Source: Macrostomum lignano (Eukaryota). From it: a DNA stretch of 64,000 nt. The stretch lies in the NCBI GenBank assembly GCA_002269645.1, contig NIVC01003668.1, positions 1 to 64,000 on the forward strand. Direction: 5' to 3'. This document shows positions 31,556 to 44,519 of this stretch, piece after piece. The position numbers and the translations under genes were made by a program. Within the stretch, counting starts at the first letter, position 1. Each line of letters opens with the position of its first letter. The notes under the pieces are model-generated. The model saw only the letters and a program-made list of their open reading frames with translations. It was not told the DNA's origin and ran no database searches.

Positions 31556-32289
31556 TTATGATTATAATTAGATAAACTGATAATAAAATCACGATCACGA
31601 GCGAAATATCTGAAATATTTGACAGATTTTTATCAATTCTTTCATTAACAATTAGAAACTAGTGGTGCTGTCTGAAATTCTAAAATAACATTTTGCGTGC
31701 AAAAGTTGTAACGTTTAATAAAACTTTAGCGATCAAAAAACTTTTTGCGTAAATTTTGATCTCTGATTTGATATTTTGGTTCAATTATTAATGGTGTTTC
31801 TGGTATCATAGTGTTCACAAGCGAGTTTATAAAATGAAACTGTGTCTGTTTTGTTGTTTGATTTTCATACTTTATCAAAAAGATTTCTAAATTACAAAAT
31901 ATGACTGTAGATTATTTATGTTAACCAAGAATTTGACAATCTTAAGAAGGCGTGTCTGATCTTAGGAAAAATTCTCTGATTTAGTGAAGCAAATTAATTC
32001 AAGCCGCTTACATTTACTTCACATGCAATTGTTGAAAGGCACCAAAATTCATTATAAAATTTTGATTCTTCAACATAAATGTGCTCAAATCAATGTTTGG
32101 CCATTATTTTTTAATCCTCTATTCAGTCTATTTATCATAGATAATTTGGTGTTTACTGCGTTTCATAAAATCATTGCCATGATGGTAATGATGATGATTG
32201 ATTTGATAATACATTCGAATGAAGCCAGATTTTTATATTAATTGCACAACACTTTCATCTGCCGTAGTCTTTGTAATTTATTATATAAT

Positions 32290-32389
32290 CTGCCTGTCTG
32301 ACTGTCTTTCCGTTTGTCTTTCTGTCTGTCTGCCTGCCTGTCTGTCTGTCTGTTTGTCTGTGTCTTAGTGTCTGTCTGACTGTCTTTCC

Positions 32390-32439
<50 letters not shown>

Positions 32440-32582
32440 GTCTGTCTGTCTGCCTGTCTGCCTGTCTGCCTGCTTGTCTGTCTGTCTGTCTGTCTGTCTC
32501 TGTCTGTCTGTCTGCCTGTCTGCCTGTCTGCCTGCTTGTCTGTCTGTCTGTCTGCCTGCTTGTCTGTCTGTCTGTCTGCCTG

Positions 32583-32614
<32 letters not shown>

Positions 32615-32965
32615 CCTGTCTGTCTGCCTGCCTGTCTGTCTGTCTGTCTGTCTGTCTGTCTGAGTGTCTGTCTGAGTGTCTGTCTGTCTGTCTGTCTGAG
32701 TGTCTGTCTGAGTGTCTGTCTGTCTGTCTCTCTGTCTGTCTATCTGCCTGTCTGTCTGTCTGTCTGTCTGTCTGTCTTTCTGTCTGTCTGTCTGCCTGTC
32801 TGTCTGCCTGCCTTTCTGTCTGTCTGTCTGCCTGCCTGTCTGTCTGTCTGCCTGTCTGCCTGCTTGTCTTTCTGTCTGTCTGTCTGCCTGTCTGTCTGCC
32901 TGCCTGTCTGTCTGTCTGCCTGTCTGCCTGCCTGCCTGCCTGTCTGTCTGTCTGTCTGCCTGTCG
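32290..32965. repeat. Degenerate (TCTG/CCTG)n microsatellite, intergenic
   Basis: Long tetranucleotide tract. Confidence 0.97.
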
Positions 32966-33562
32966 GTCTCTGGGGTCCAGACAGGGAATGGAATCAGTCA
33001 CAGAGAAGGTTATTAGTTCATCAGTCTGCAGAACTGATTGCCTGTTCCAGCTTGTATTCCGTTTACCGGAAAGGCACCTAGACAGAGGAAATGAAACCCT
33101 GGAGTGGGATTTAATCTAACCGAATTCAAATTTCCCAGACAGAACCGCAGCGTATCCGTCTGAAGGAGCTCCTCAGAGTGGTCTGGATCTTAAATAAATG
33201 TGTTTTGCACAGAAAGCAGTCTGTGTACTATCTCGGTACTTCATGTGCATTACGAGTATTCCACTGTTCCAGTGGCAATTCGTTAATTTCCTGTTATCTC
33301 CCCACGGCTGTCAATCTATCTGTTCGTTGGAAAAATAAGAGCGAAAAAAAGATTTTAATTTCCGCTCAGTTTGAATAAAGATGCTGTAGCCTATTCAGGC
33401 CGCACCCGCAGATGTTCATTTATAATTAAATGTGTTCGGGCACTCGCGTGATGTCTGAGGGTTTTGGGAAGCCTATAAATTCATCGCAGCTGGTGGCCCC
33501 TTGATCGGACATGCAACAACAACCAGTTTGAGTCAAGCGATTTTTCTGACATACTTTCAGGC

Positions 33563-36500
33563 ATGGCACTGTATTTCGATCGACTCGGTAAGTAACTCGT
33601 CTGTTTAGTACGTGCGCATCATCCTTGACTCTTCAGCGATATCCTTGACTCTTCAACGATATCCTTGACTCTTCAGCGATATCCTTGACTCTTCAGCGAT
33701 ATCCTTGACTCTTCAGCAATGTCCGTGACTCTTTAGTGACGTACTTGACTCTTCAGCGATATCCTTGACTCTTCAGCGATATCCTTGACTCTTCAACGAT
33801 ATCCTTGACTCTTCAGCGATATCCTTGACTCTTCAGCGATATCCTTGACTCTTCAGCAATGTCCGTGACTCTTTAGTGACGTACTTGACTATTCAGCGGT
33901 ATCCTTGACTCTTTAGTGACATCCTTGACTCTTTAGTGACATCCTTGACTCTTTAGTGACATCCTTGACTCTTTAGTGACATCCTTGACTCTTTAGTGAC
34001 ATCCTTGACTCTTCAGCGATGTCCGTGACTCTTTAGTGACATCCTTGACTCTTTAGTGACATCCTTGACTCTTTAGTGACATCCTTGACTCTTTAGTGAC
34101 ATCCTTGACTCTTTAGTGACATCCTTGACTCTTTAGTGACATCCTTGACTCTTTAGTGACATCCTTGACTCTTTAGTGACATCCTTGACTCTTTAGTGAC
34201 ATCCTTGACTCTTCAGCGATGTCCGTGACTCTTTAGTGACGTCCTTGACTCATCAGTGACGTCCCTTGACTCCTCGGTGACATCCTTGACTCTTTGGTGA
34301 CATCCTTGACTCCTCGGTGACATCCTTGACTCCTCGGTGACATCCTTGACTCCTCGGTGACATCCTTGACTCCTCGGTGACATCCTTGACTCTTTGATTA
34401 CATCTTTGACTCTCCGGTGACATTCTTGACTCTTCAGTAACGTCCTTGAATCACCAGTGACGTACTTGACTCTTCAGTGACGTCCTTGACTCTTCAGCGA
34501 TGTCCTTGACTCTTCAGCGATGTCCTTGACTCTTCAGCGATGTCCTTGACTCTTCAGCGATGTCCTTGACTCTTCAGCGATGTCCTTGACTCTTCAGTGA
34601 CATCCTTGACTCTTTAGTGACATCCTTGACTCTTTAGTGACATCCTTGACTCTTTAGTGACATCCTTGACTCTTTAGTGACATCCTTGACTCTTTAGTGA
34701 CATCCTTGACTCTTTAGTGACATCCTTGACTCTTCAGCGATGTCCGTGACTCTTTAGTGACGTCCTTGACTCCTCGGTGACATCCTTGACTCCTCGGTGA
34801 CATCCTTGACTCTTTGGTGACATCCTTGACTCCTCGGTGACATCCTTGACTCCTCGGTGACATCCTTGACTCCTCGGTGACATCCTTGACTCTTCGGTGA
34901 CATCCTTGACTCTTTGATTACATCTTTGACTCTCCGGTGACATTCTTGACTCTTCAGTAACGTCCTTGAATCACCAGTGACGTACTTGACTCTTCAGTGA
35001 CGTCCTTGACTCTTCAGCGATGTCCTTGACTCTTCAGCGATGTCCTTGACTCTTCAGCGATGTCCTTGACTCTTCAGCGATGTCCTTGACTCTTCAGTGA
35101 CATCCTTGGCTCATCAGTGACGGCCTTGACTCTTAAGTAGCATCAAGTGATTTTTAGTGACTTTCTTGACATTTTTGTGACTTGTGAGTCTACAAGTGAT
35201 GCATGTATCCGTGCGACTCTCCGGTGATTTTCTCGAATCTCGAGTGACCCTATTTGAGTCTGATATGTACAGCAGCATATATAACCAGGAGCCCTAAAAC
35301 CTGCAGTCTGCCTGTCGCTCCTGCTGCTGCTCGTATCGATCAGCCACACCGAGGGAGAGCTGGTGGCGCTGAGCAAAGCTGACAAGCAGATCATCCTGGA
35401 CACGCACAATGTGCTCCGAGCCCGGACTGCCAGAGGCGAGACTGGCAGCCAGCCCAGCGCCGCTGATATGATGCTCTTGGTGAGAGAGAGCCCTTGGATG
35501 TAGCCAGTCTAAACCCCACTAAGACCCACTTCCGGTCAATCAATGGGACACCGGAAACCCTGCTCAGATTTTTTACCGAAACTGAACCTGCGGCCTCCAA
35601 CACTTCCGTCAGGAATGGGACGACAGGCTGATGGAGAAGGCGGCTAATTGGGCTTCGCAGTGCAAAGTCGGACACGACACTCCGGCTGAACGGGTGATTC
35701 CCGGACACAAGTGGGTCGGGCAGAACTGGGCGGGCGGTCACAGCACCAACCTCAGCCTGTGAGTCATTTGAAATACCGGCTTGTATGAGTTTAGCACTCT
35801 ATTAATAACACTCAGAACACGTTCCCTGCGCAACCAGCTTCGTGGATCTCTGGTACGTGGAGCACAATGACTACAACTTCGCGGCCAAAACGTGCACCCC
35901 CGAGAAGATGTGCGGCCACTACACCCAGGTGGTCTGGTCCCGGACCCTGCTGGTCGGCTGCGCCGCTGCCACCTGCCCGGGCTACCTTCGCATTCTGGTC
36001 TGCGACTACGCTGACGGTGGCAACGTTGGCACCTACCCAGCCTACGAGAGCGGCTCACCGGCCAGCAAGTGCGTCGGCGAGTACACCTACACTAGCGGCG
36101 GCCTCTGCCTGCGCCGCGACCAGTGCGCCGCCATGTACACCGGCGGCGGCAGAATCGGCGGCGGCGTCGACGGCGGCGGCGGAACCGGAGGCGCCGACCC
36201 TGGCAGTGCCCCGTCGCCAACAACAAAAACAGCAACAACAACGTCGGCTGCCACCACGACCACCTTTGACCCGTGGGACGGCTGGACATTCGACGACGGC
36301 TACGAGTACTTGCACGGCGAGGAGGCGAAGACGAAGCGATCGCGCGTTCGTCGCGGCACCGACGGCGGCTGCCGGTGCGCCATCCAATGCTTGAATGGTG
36401 GCACTCTGGACTCGGCCAACTGCAAGTGCAGCTGCACTCCCGACTACTACGGCACCAGATGCGAGAGTGAGTTGCCTGCCGATCAGGGGCGCGGCGGGGA

Positions 36501-37237
36501 GGGCAAGAGGGGCCGCGGCGCCCTCCAGCAAGCTGATGAAAAATTATGCAATCCCGTTGCCAGCTGATTTGGCGCCCCTTTTTGAGCCATGGCGCTCCTT
36601 GGTGCTGGCGCCCCTTGGTGCTGGCGCCCCTTGGTGCTGGCGCCCCTTGGTTGCTGGCGCCCCTTGGTGCTGGCGCCCCTTGGTGCTGGCGCCCCTTGGT
36701 TGCTGGCGCCCCTTGGTGCTGGCGCCCCTTGGTGCTGGCGCCCCTTGGTTGCTGGCGCCCCTTGGTGCTGGCGCCCCTTGGTTGCTGGCGCCCCTTGGTG
36801 CTGGCGCCCCTTGGTGCTGGCGCCCCTTGGTGCTGGCGCCCCTTGGTTGCTGGCGCCCCTTTTTGTGCATGTCGCGGATTGTCACACCTTGGTGTCTTTT
36901 CTGAGCAAATTTTTTTTTCAGTTTTTGAATAAGGGGGAATGGGGCCGGCTGGTTGGGCCTTGGTGAATTAGTGAATTATTGTGAAGAAAGGAAATCCGTC
37001 AGCTAGGATGAATGATCAGCGAGATGGGGAATAACTAAATTAAAATAAATTTCTAAAACAACTCTCGCAGTGACCTGCAGCGACCCGGAAATGTTCAGAA
37101 GCAACTGCGAGAGCGACCCGGACGCTTGTAAGACATTCCCGATGTTCTGCCCGAAGACCTGCAACGGCTGCAAAGCTGGCGACATTCGCGACAAAGCGGT
37201 AGTTAATGCTGACGGAGTGCTGGCCCGCCTGCCTTGA
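33563..37237 (+). CDS. Secreted CAP/SCP (CRISP-like) protein with Gly/Thr linker, EGF-like and ShKT domains, 5 exons, 379 aa
   Basis: Exons: 33563-33587, 35307-35479, 35613-35758, 35838-36466, 37071-37237, phase-consistent. Signal peptide VCLSLLLLLVSISHTEG. CAP motifs ILDTHNVLR, EWDDRL, VGQNW, LWYVE, CGHYTQVVW, LVCDY..GGN. EGF-like CLNGG..C.C.C..DYYGTRCE. ShKT C-x9-C-x6-C-x6-CPKTCNGC. Confidence 0.92.
33620..35135. repeat. 20-bp minisatellite filling CAP intron 1
   Basis: ATCCTTGACTCTT(CAGCGAT/TAGTGAC), about 75 copies, with a 520-bp higher-order duplication. Confidence 0.97.
36585..36860. repeat. 16/17-bp GC-rich minisatellite in CAP intron 4
   Basis: GGT(T)GCTGGCGCCCCTT, about 16 copies. 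Confidence 0.95.
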
Positions 37238-38004
37238 TCAATCTGTCATTATCAATCTTATGATCTGTCAATATATCAAACTATCAATCTAAATATATCA
37301 AACTTGAGATCCATCAATCTTAAGATACATTAACCTATCAATCTATCAATCTCAGTCTGTCAATCTATCAATTTATCAATCTCACAGTTTGTCAATCTGT
37401 CAATTTATCAATCTCACAGTGTAACTAAGTGCGGCCGCACGAACAAGTAAACATCACCCTACTGGTGTCGGTTTCCTTACTAGTATAAAAATGAGAAACA
37501 ATAAACAATAATAAACACTTTATATTGATATAAGTCGGATTGAAAAATCGTGCCATCTGGATAAATATGAATATGCTACTTATTTCTCTCATACATTAAA
37601 GTTTTATTATATAATACGCAAGTATTCTGCCACGAAGCGCAAGACAAGCGTCATGCAAATTTATTTAGAATTCGACATTCGCGATAGCAACAAAAATGAC
37701 GAATTAAGCGTAACTAGCAGATCGAACCAGCAGTGAAATTCTAAGGTATGAAAATACAGCTAAAACAGATTAAAGCAAATCCACGCAATTTGGGTATAAA
37801 TTAATCATAATGTTTATTGTTGCATTATTGGTAACAAGCAAAAAAGAAACTTTAATATGCAGGTAGAAGTGCAGCATTTCATGGTAGGATAAAGCACAAT
37901 CTTCTCATTTGCTGTCATAATGAATAAGCTAATAAAAAACCAAGCAAAAAAACTTGAAAAATATTTATACAAAACCGTGCCCCTACAAATAAATGTTCCT
38001 TCAC

Positions 38005-38670
38005 TTTCTAGGAAATCTCACCCCTATGAGACATCAGGGTGTCTAGGAAATCTCACCCCTATGAGACATCAGTGTCTAGGAAATCTCACCCCTATGAGAC
38101 ATTAGTGCTCAGGAAATCTCACCCCTATGAGACATCAGTGTCTAGGAAATCTCACCCCTATAAGACATTAGTGCTCAGGAAATCTCACCCCTATGAGACA
38201 TCAGTGTCTAGGAAATCTCACCCCTATAAGACATTAGTGCTCAGGAAATCTCACCCCTATGAGACATCAGTGTCTAGGAAATCTCACCCCTATAAGACAT
38301 TAGTGCTCAGGAAATCTCACCCCTATGAGACATCAGGGTGTCTAGAAAAACTCACCCCTATGAGACATCAGAGTGTCTAGAAAAACTCACCCCTATGAGA
38401 CATCAGAGTGTCTAGGAAATCTCACCCCTATGAGACATCAGGGTGTCTAGAAAAACTCACCCCTATGAGACATCAGAGTGTCTAGGAAATCTCACCCCTA
38501 TGAGACATCAGAGTGTCTAGGAAATCTCACCCCTATGAGACATCAGGGTGTCTAGGAAATCTCACCCCTATGAGACATCAGGGTGTCTAGGAAATCTCAC
38601 CCCTATGAGACATCAGGGTGTCTAGGAAATCTCACCCCTATGAGACATTGGTGCCTAGGAAATCTCACCC
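38005..38670. repeat. 33/34-bp minisatellite downstream of POR
   Basis: GGAAATCTCACCCCTATGAGACATCAGTGTCTA, about 20 copies; same core as the POR intron 2 array. Confidence 0.97.
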
Positions 38671-38796
38671 TTTAGAGAAATCCGCGAGACAATTTCTTAT
38701 TAACCTTAAACGCATGCACTCCGTAGGGTCAGCATCTTGTATTGTTTCAAAGTTAGGATCAATAGTAATCAGTTAACGGCATGTACTCCTGCCAGA

Positions 38797-41700
38797 TCAG
38801 CTCCACACATCGGCGCTGTACCGACCTTTATTAGACAACTTCTTGATGTAGTCCTGCGCCTCCTGACGGCTCTTGCTGCCGTGCTTCTCAACGATCTCCT
38901 CCAGGGCGGCCATCACGTCCCTGGCCATGTGCTTGGCGTCGCCGCACACGTAGAAGTGACCGCCCAACTCCAGCACCTCCCAGATCTCGCGGCTGTTCTC
39001 GTCCCGGCGCATCAGGTGCTGCACGTACACTTTCTCGCCTTGGTCGCGAGAGAAGGCCACCTGGTGTGAGAGGGATTAGCGGGAGATTAACTATAGACGT
39101 ATTTTATGAATTACCTAAATTCTAAAAGAACTGGTAGATTATTTTTATACACAGATGGATATCTGTATAAACTAGCGGATTATCCATATAAACTAGCGGA
39201 TTATCTATATAAACTAGCGGATTATCCATATAAACTAGCGGATTATCCATATAAACTAGCGGATTATCTATATAAACTAGCGGATTATCTATATAAACTA
39301 GCGGATTATCTATATAAACTAGCGGATTATCTATATAAAATAGCGGATTATCTATATAAACTAGCGGATTATCTATATAAACTAGCGGATTATCTATATA
39401 AACTAGCGGATTATCTATATAAACTAGCGGATTATCTATATAAACTAGCGGACTATCTATATAAACTAGCGGATTATCTATATAAACTAGCGGATTATCT
39501 ATATAAACTAGCGGATTATCTATATAAACTAGCGGATTATCTATACAAACTAGCGGATTATCTATATAAACTAGCGGATTATCTATATAAACTAGCGGAT
39601 TATCTATATAAACTAGCGGATTATCCATATAAACTAGCGGATTATCCATATAAACTAGCGGATTATCTATATAAACTAGCGGATTATCTATACAAACTAG
39701 CGGATTATCTATATAAACTAGCGGATTATCTATATAAACTAGCGGATTATCTATATAATCTAGCGGATTATCCATAAAAACTAGCGGATTATCCGTATAG
39801 TGGTTTATCAATATCAAGCCAATAAATACAAGCAGACAACAGTAAACGCACCTGCAGATTAGTAATAACACCTTTATCTTTCCAAGCCTCCAACTCTTGA
39901 GAATAGATGTAATCAATGTCCCGATTCCGGCAGCCAGTATACAGAATAGTCTTGCCAACCGGCTTGCCCTGGTCTTTAGCCCATTCGCGCTCCTGTAGGA
40001 AGCCGCGAAACGGAGCGAACCCGGTGCCCGGGCCGACCATGATCACCGGGGTCTGGTGCTTGTACGGCAGGCGGAACTGGCTGCGGCGAACGTACACTGG
40101 CAGCTGGGCCGGCTTGTCGGCGAATTCGCCAGTAGCAACGCCGAGTACAAGACGATTTGTCGATGTTGTATAGCGCACCACAGCGGCGCAGACGTGAACG
40201 GATTTGGGGTGCAGCTTCGGGGAGCTGGCTATGCTGTAGTAGCGAGCCTGCAGGCGGGGCAGCAGCTCGCACAGGTGGTCCGGCGGCGGCTTCACACTGT
40301 CGAGGTCCTCCAGTACGGCTACAATATGCCGCCTGGCGCTGATGATCCAGTCGTGGTAGAGGGCCTGGGTGCGGTTGCGGTTCATCCGTGACCATTGGGT
40401 GCGATCCCGGCTGAGTCAGCAGGGTAGCTTGGAAATCTCACCCCTATGAGGCTATGAGACACCTGAGTTTCCTGGAAATCTCGCCCCTATGAGGCTATGA
40501 GACACCTGAGTTTCCTGGAAATCTCACCCTTATGAGACATCCACGAGTTTCCTGGAAATCTCACCCCTATGAGGCTATGAGACACCTGAGTTTCCTGAAA
40601 ATCTCACTCCTATGAGGCTATGAGACACCTGAGTTTCCTGGAAATATCGCCCCTATGAGGCTATGAGACACCTGAGTTTCCTGGAAATCTCACCCTTATG
40701 AGACATCCACGAGTTTCCTGGAAATCTCACCCCTATGAGACATCCACGAGTTTCTTGGGAAATCTCACCCTTATGAGACATCAGGAGATCCGTAGGAAAT
40801 CTCACCCTTATGAGACATCGGGAGATCCCTAGGAAATCTCACCCTATGATACATGAGGAGATCCCTAGGAAATCTCACCCTATGATACATGAGGAGATCC
40901 CTAGGAAATCTCACCCTATGATACATGAGGAGATCCCTAGGAAATCTCACCCTATGAGACATGAGGAGATCCCTAGGAAATCTCACCCCTATGAGACATC
41001 AGGAGATTCCTAGCAAATCTCACCCCTATGAGACATCAGGAGATCCCTAGCAAATCTCACCTTTCCCTCTTCAGTATTGCTGCCCATCTTCTTCAGCATC
41101 TGCTTGTGCTCCTCATTGTCAGTATAGTCGCTCAGCTCGTTCAACAAATTAGTTTTGGGATTGGCGGTGATATCCAGATAGTGCAGGAAGGCGATGCGAT
41201 AAGTGGTTGGGCAGGGAAACGGGTGCTTCTTAGTGCTGTCATCGTCCACATTGTTCAGCGAGAACGGCTGATCCAGATCGCACTGGAGCAGTTCGCCCAG
41301 CTTGTCAACCAGTTCGCTTCGATTAACCGGATAAACGGCCACGTGATCTCCGGACTCGTAGCGGATTCGAGAATCGCCAATGTCCAACTCCAGGTGTAAA
41401 CAGCTGCGGTCACCGCCAGTGTGCAGCTCGCGATTCTCAGTGACCGCCGCCATATAGGGATTCTTGGCGTCGAATGGCGGCCTCTGACGCTGCAGACTGC
41501 CCAGACGGGAGATCTCGCCTTTGTAGAGCTTTTCTGGCGGCACAGAGCCGGGCTCGTGGTTCACCAGCTGGTACTGCCGATACTTGATGTCCTGCGCCTC
41601 TGCGCTGACTCCCAACTGCTGACAGGCCGCCGGCCACATGCCCTCTTTCCAGTTGTTGAAATCTTCCTCAATATTGGCATCGTCGTCGCCAAGCCCCAAT

Positions 41701-43132
41701 TCGTAGATTCGTTTGGCGCCGAGTTCTTCGAGTTTCTTGTCAACTAGCTGGCCGATAGCGTTGTAGTGCTCGTAGGTCTTGTTGCCAAGGCCGAACACGC
41801 AGTAGTTGACGCCTGTTAAGTCCAGCTCGTTGCGATCGCAGTCCTTCAGCATGGTGAAGAACTCCTGGGTAAGGGTTTGTAGATTTTATCTTTAACGGGA
41901 ATCCTAAAAAAACTTTACTTAATACCTTTGCTTCTCATAGATTGGGAAACCCCGCGAATCCCATAGATTGGTAAACCCCGAGAGTCCCATAGATTGTGAA
42001 ACACCGGGTATCCATAGATTGTGAAACACCGGGAATCCATAGATTGTGAAACACCGGAAGTCCCATAGATTGTGAAACACCGGAAGTCCCATAGATTGTG
42101 AAACACCGGGAGTCCCATAGATTATGAAACACCGGGAGTCCCATAGATTGTGAAACACCGGAAGTCCCATAGATTGTGAAACACCGGAAGTCCCATAGAT
42201 TGTGAAACACCGGGAGTCCCATAGATTATGAAACACCGGGAGTCCCATAGATTGTGAAACACCGGAAGTCCCATAGATTGTGAAACACCGGAAGTCCCAT
42301 AGATTGTGAAACACCGGGAGTCCCATAGATTGAGAAACCCCGGGAGTCCCATAGATTGTGAAACACCGGGAGTCCCATAGATTGTGAAACACCAGAAATC
42401 CCATAGATTTTGAAACACCGGGAGTCCCATAGATTGTGAAACCCCGAGAGTCCCATAGATTGTGAAACACCGGAAGTCCCATAGATTGTGAAACACCGGG
42501 AGTCCCATAGATTGTGAAACACCGGAAGTCCCATAGATTGTGAAACACCGGGAATCCCATAGATTGGGAAACCCCGGGAGTCCTATAGATTAAGAAACCC
42601 TAGGAAACCTTTAGAATTTTGGATTGAGAATCGTTACCCACGGATTGGGAAAACTTTTTTCCAAAATAGACTAGCAACTACTCACCTGCAGATTATCAGT
42701 CGGATCTCCCTCTCCGTAGGTAGCCAGACAGAAAATAGCCAAAGAGTTGGGGATATCAGCCAGGTGGGCCAGCTCCTTCATGTCGCACTCCTCCGGATCG
42801 CAGGACATCGCTCTCAGACCGTAGCGAAGCGCCTCCTTGGACAGTCGAGTAGCGAAATCTTCGGCTGTGCCAGTCTGAGAGCCGTAGAACACCACAATAT
42901 TGCGATTCTTTGCCTGCATCTTCGAGATGAAGCTGGACTCGTCGTAGTCATCGGCGGCGGCACCCTTTGAAGTCGGCGGAATCGATTGGAAAGAGGCCTG
43001 GCCCAGGGTGCTTGGCGGGGCCAGGCCGGATCCATTACCGTTGCGCGGCTTGCGAACGAATACAAAATAATAAACGCAAACCCCGGCAACTCCGCCAATG
43101 ATTGCGCAATCGAAAGCGCTTAGGCCTAACAT
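38797..43132 (-). CDS. POR: NADPH-cytochrome P450 reductase, 4 coding exons, ~675 aa
   Basis: Exons (minus): 43132-42686, 41864-41061, 40364-39852, 39060-38797. N-terminal TM anchor; FMN domain VFYGSQTGTAEDFA, ATYGEGDPTDN, FGLGNKTYEHYN; FAD domain LPRLQARYYSIASS; NADPH domain MVGPGTGFAPFRGF, VCGDAKHMARDV; C-terminal YSADVWS. An upstream micro-exon (ATGCAG at ~43193) is possible. Confidence 0.97.
39150..39795. repeat. 21-bp minisatellite in POR intron 3
   Basis: AAACTAGCGGATTATCTATAT, about 30 copies. Confidence 0.97.
40430..41060. repeat. ~37-bp minisatellite in POR intron 2
   Basis: GGAAATCTCACCC(C)TATGAGACAT...; the array begins exactly at the 5' splice site. Confidence 0.95.
41935..42600. 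repeat. 26-bp minisatellite in POR intron 1
   Basis: CCCATAGATTGTGAAACACCGG(G/A)AGT, about 25 copies. Confidence 0.97.
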
Positions 43133-44519
43133 CTGCAATGTAAGTTAATAGCGATATGTCACTTTGCCTTAAGTTGAGAAACAATCACCTGCATGATAAA
43201 AAAACTTAGGTAAATGCAATTTTACATATCGCTGACGGCAATTCTGCACATTCCGCTGACTACAAGAGCGTCGATACTGTACGAAGCCACGGCCCTGACT
43301 TTCTAATCGTCAGGAACGTACACTTTGTGTCTCCTGGTTATCTCTCATACGTGTAAATCGTACGACAACCTATGTTATTAAACTAAGCTAACAAATCTAA
43401 AATTAAATCTGACCAGTGTTAGTCCGCTATTCGCGTCGCATAGTGAGCAAATAGTGTTATATTTTTAGTAAAATTATAATCACTTACATTGGATCTTGAT
43501 CGCATCTAGTCAAAAACTAACACTGTTCCACCTTCAATGTAAAAAAATTTAAACAAAGCAACAGACGAAGTATTCAGATCGCAGCCTTACTTTTTTAAAA
43601 AAGCTCGCTAACCAGCCGACACAGATCTATAGCCTCTCCGAGGTTAACTGGGGTGAAGCGAACAAAGAAGCCAAGTACTAACTATACACTAATAATGAGC
43701 AAAGAGTGAAACGCAAAGGTACGGCCCAACTAATGATATAGACTAGCGAAAGAGAAAGAAACCCCCAACCCCCCTCCCAGAGTCCACATTTGTCAGCCAA
43801 TGAAAGAGTGCCATATGACCATTTTATATTTAAGAGTGCATAGCGACATTGATTTGTAACCTAAAGACAGAAAGAGAGAACACGAACATTGCACAGCATG
43901 CCGCTGACGCCAAGTTTACACTTAGTCAAATGAGTTTAGCAGTATTTTCTTATCTCTTCTCTCTCTCCCACCGCAGTCTAACCAGTTGAGTCATATCTGA
44001 CAGTTCAAACAGCTTGACAATGTTTAAAAAGTAGCCTTAGCATTGCTGTTAAAATGTGCCAAAAAAGCTTATAATGCGTCCATAGCCAGTCAGAGAAATT
44101 ACACATTTCAAAAAATTCTCTCTTTCTCTCATTTCTTATTTCTTCAATCTTACCTTGAGAACCTGGCAAGCTTCAACAAGTACTGGCAAGAGGACAATCT
44201 ATAGTCCGAAATAGAATTAAAATGACTGAAAGCAGTGGTTGAAGGTAGTTAAGCTCAATATTGAATGCTAACAGCTGGTGTTAGCAGTTTATGCAATTTC
44301 AAATGAAGGTCAAACTATTCAACTGGCTAGTTATAAACAACTGCTACAACTAAATACTGAAAGCTGTTACTTTATATTTATTGCTACCATTACAATCGTC
44401 TGCCTTGCTCTGGTTCATACATGCCTAACACCCAGCCAACATGGCCAGGTGGCAGGGTGTCCAAAACAGATATTTTGCTAAATTAATTAATAAAGTACCA
44501 AATTCCAAACAGTTAATAT

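Noticed and set aside
39150-39795. ATAAACTAGCGG shared between the POR intron 3 repeat and the LTR terminus (50901-50912)
   Set aside because: A 12-bp match with no flanking homology, compatible with chance
13195-42600. Regular 20-46-bp repeats as a possible CRISPR array
   Set aside because: Units are contiguous with no unique spacers, there are no cas genes, and the context is eukaryotic
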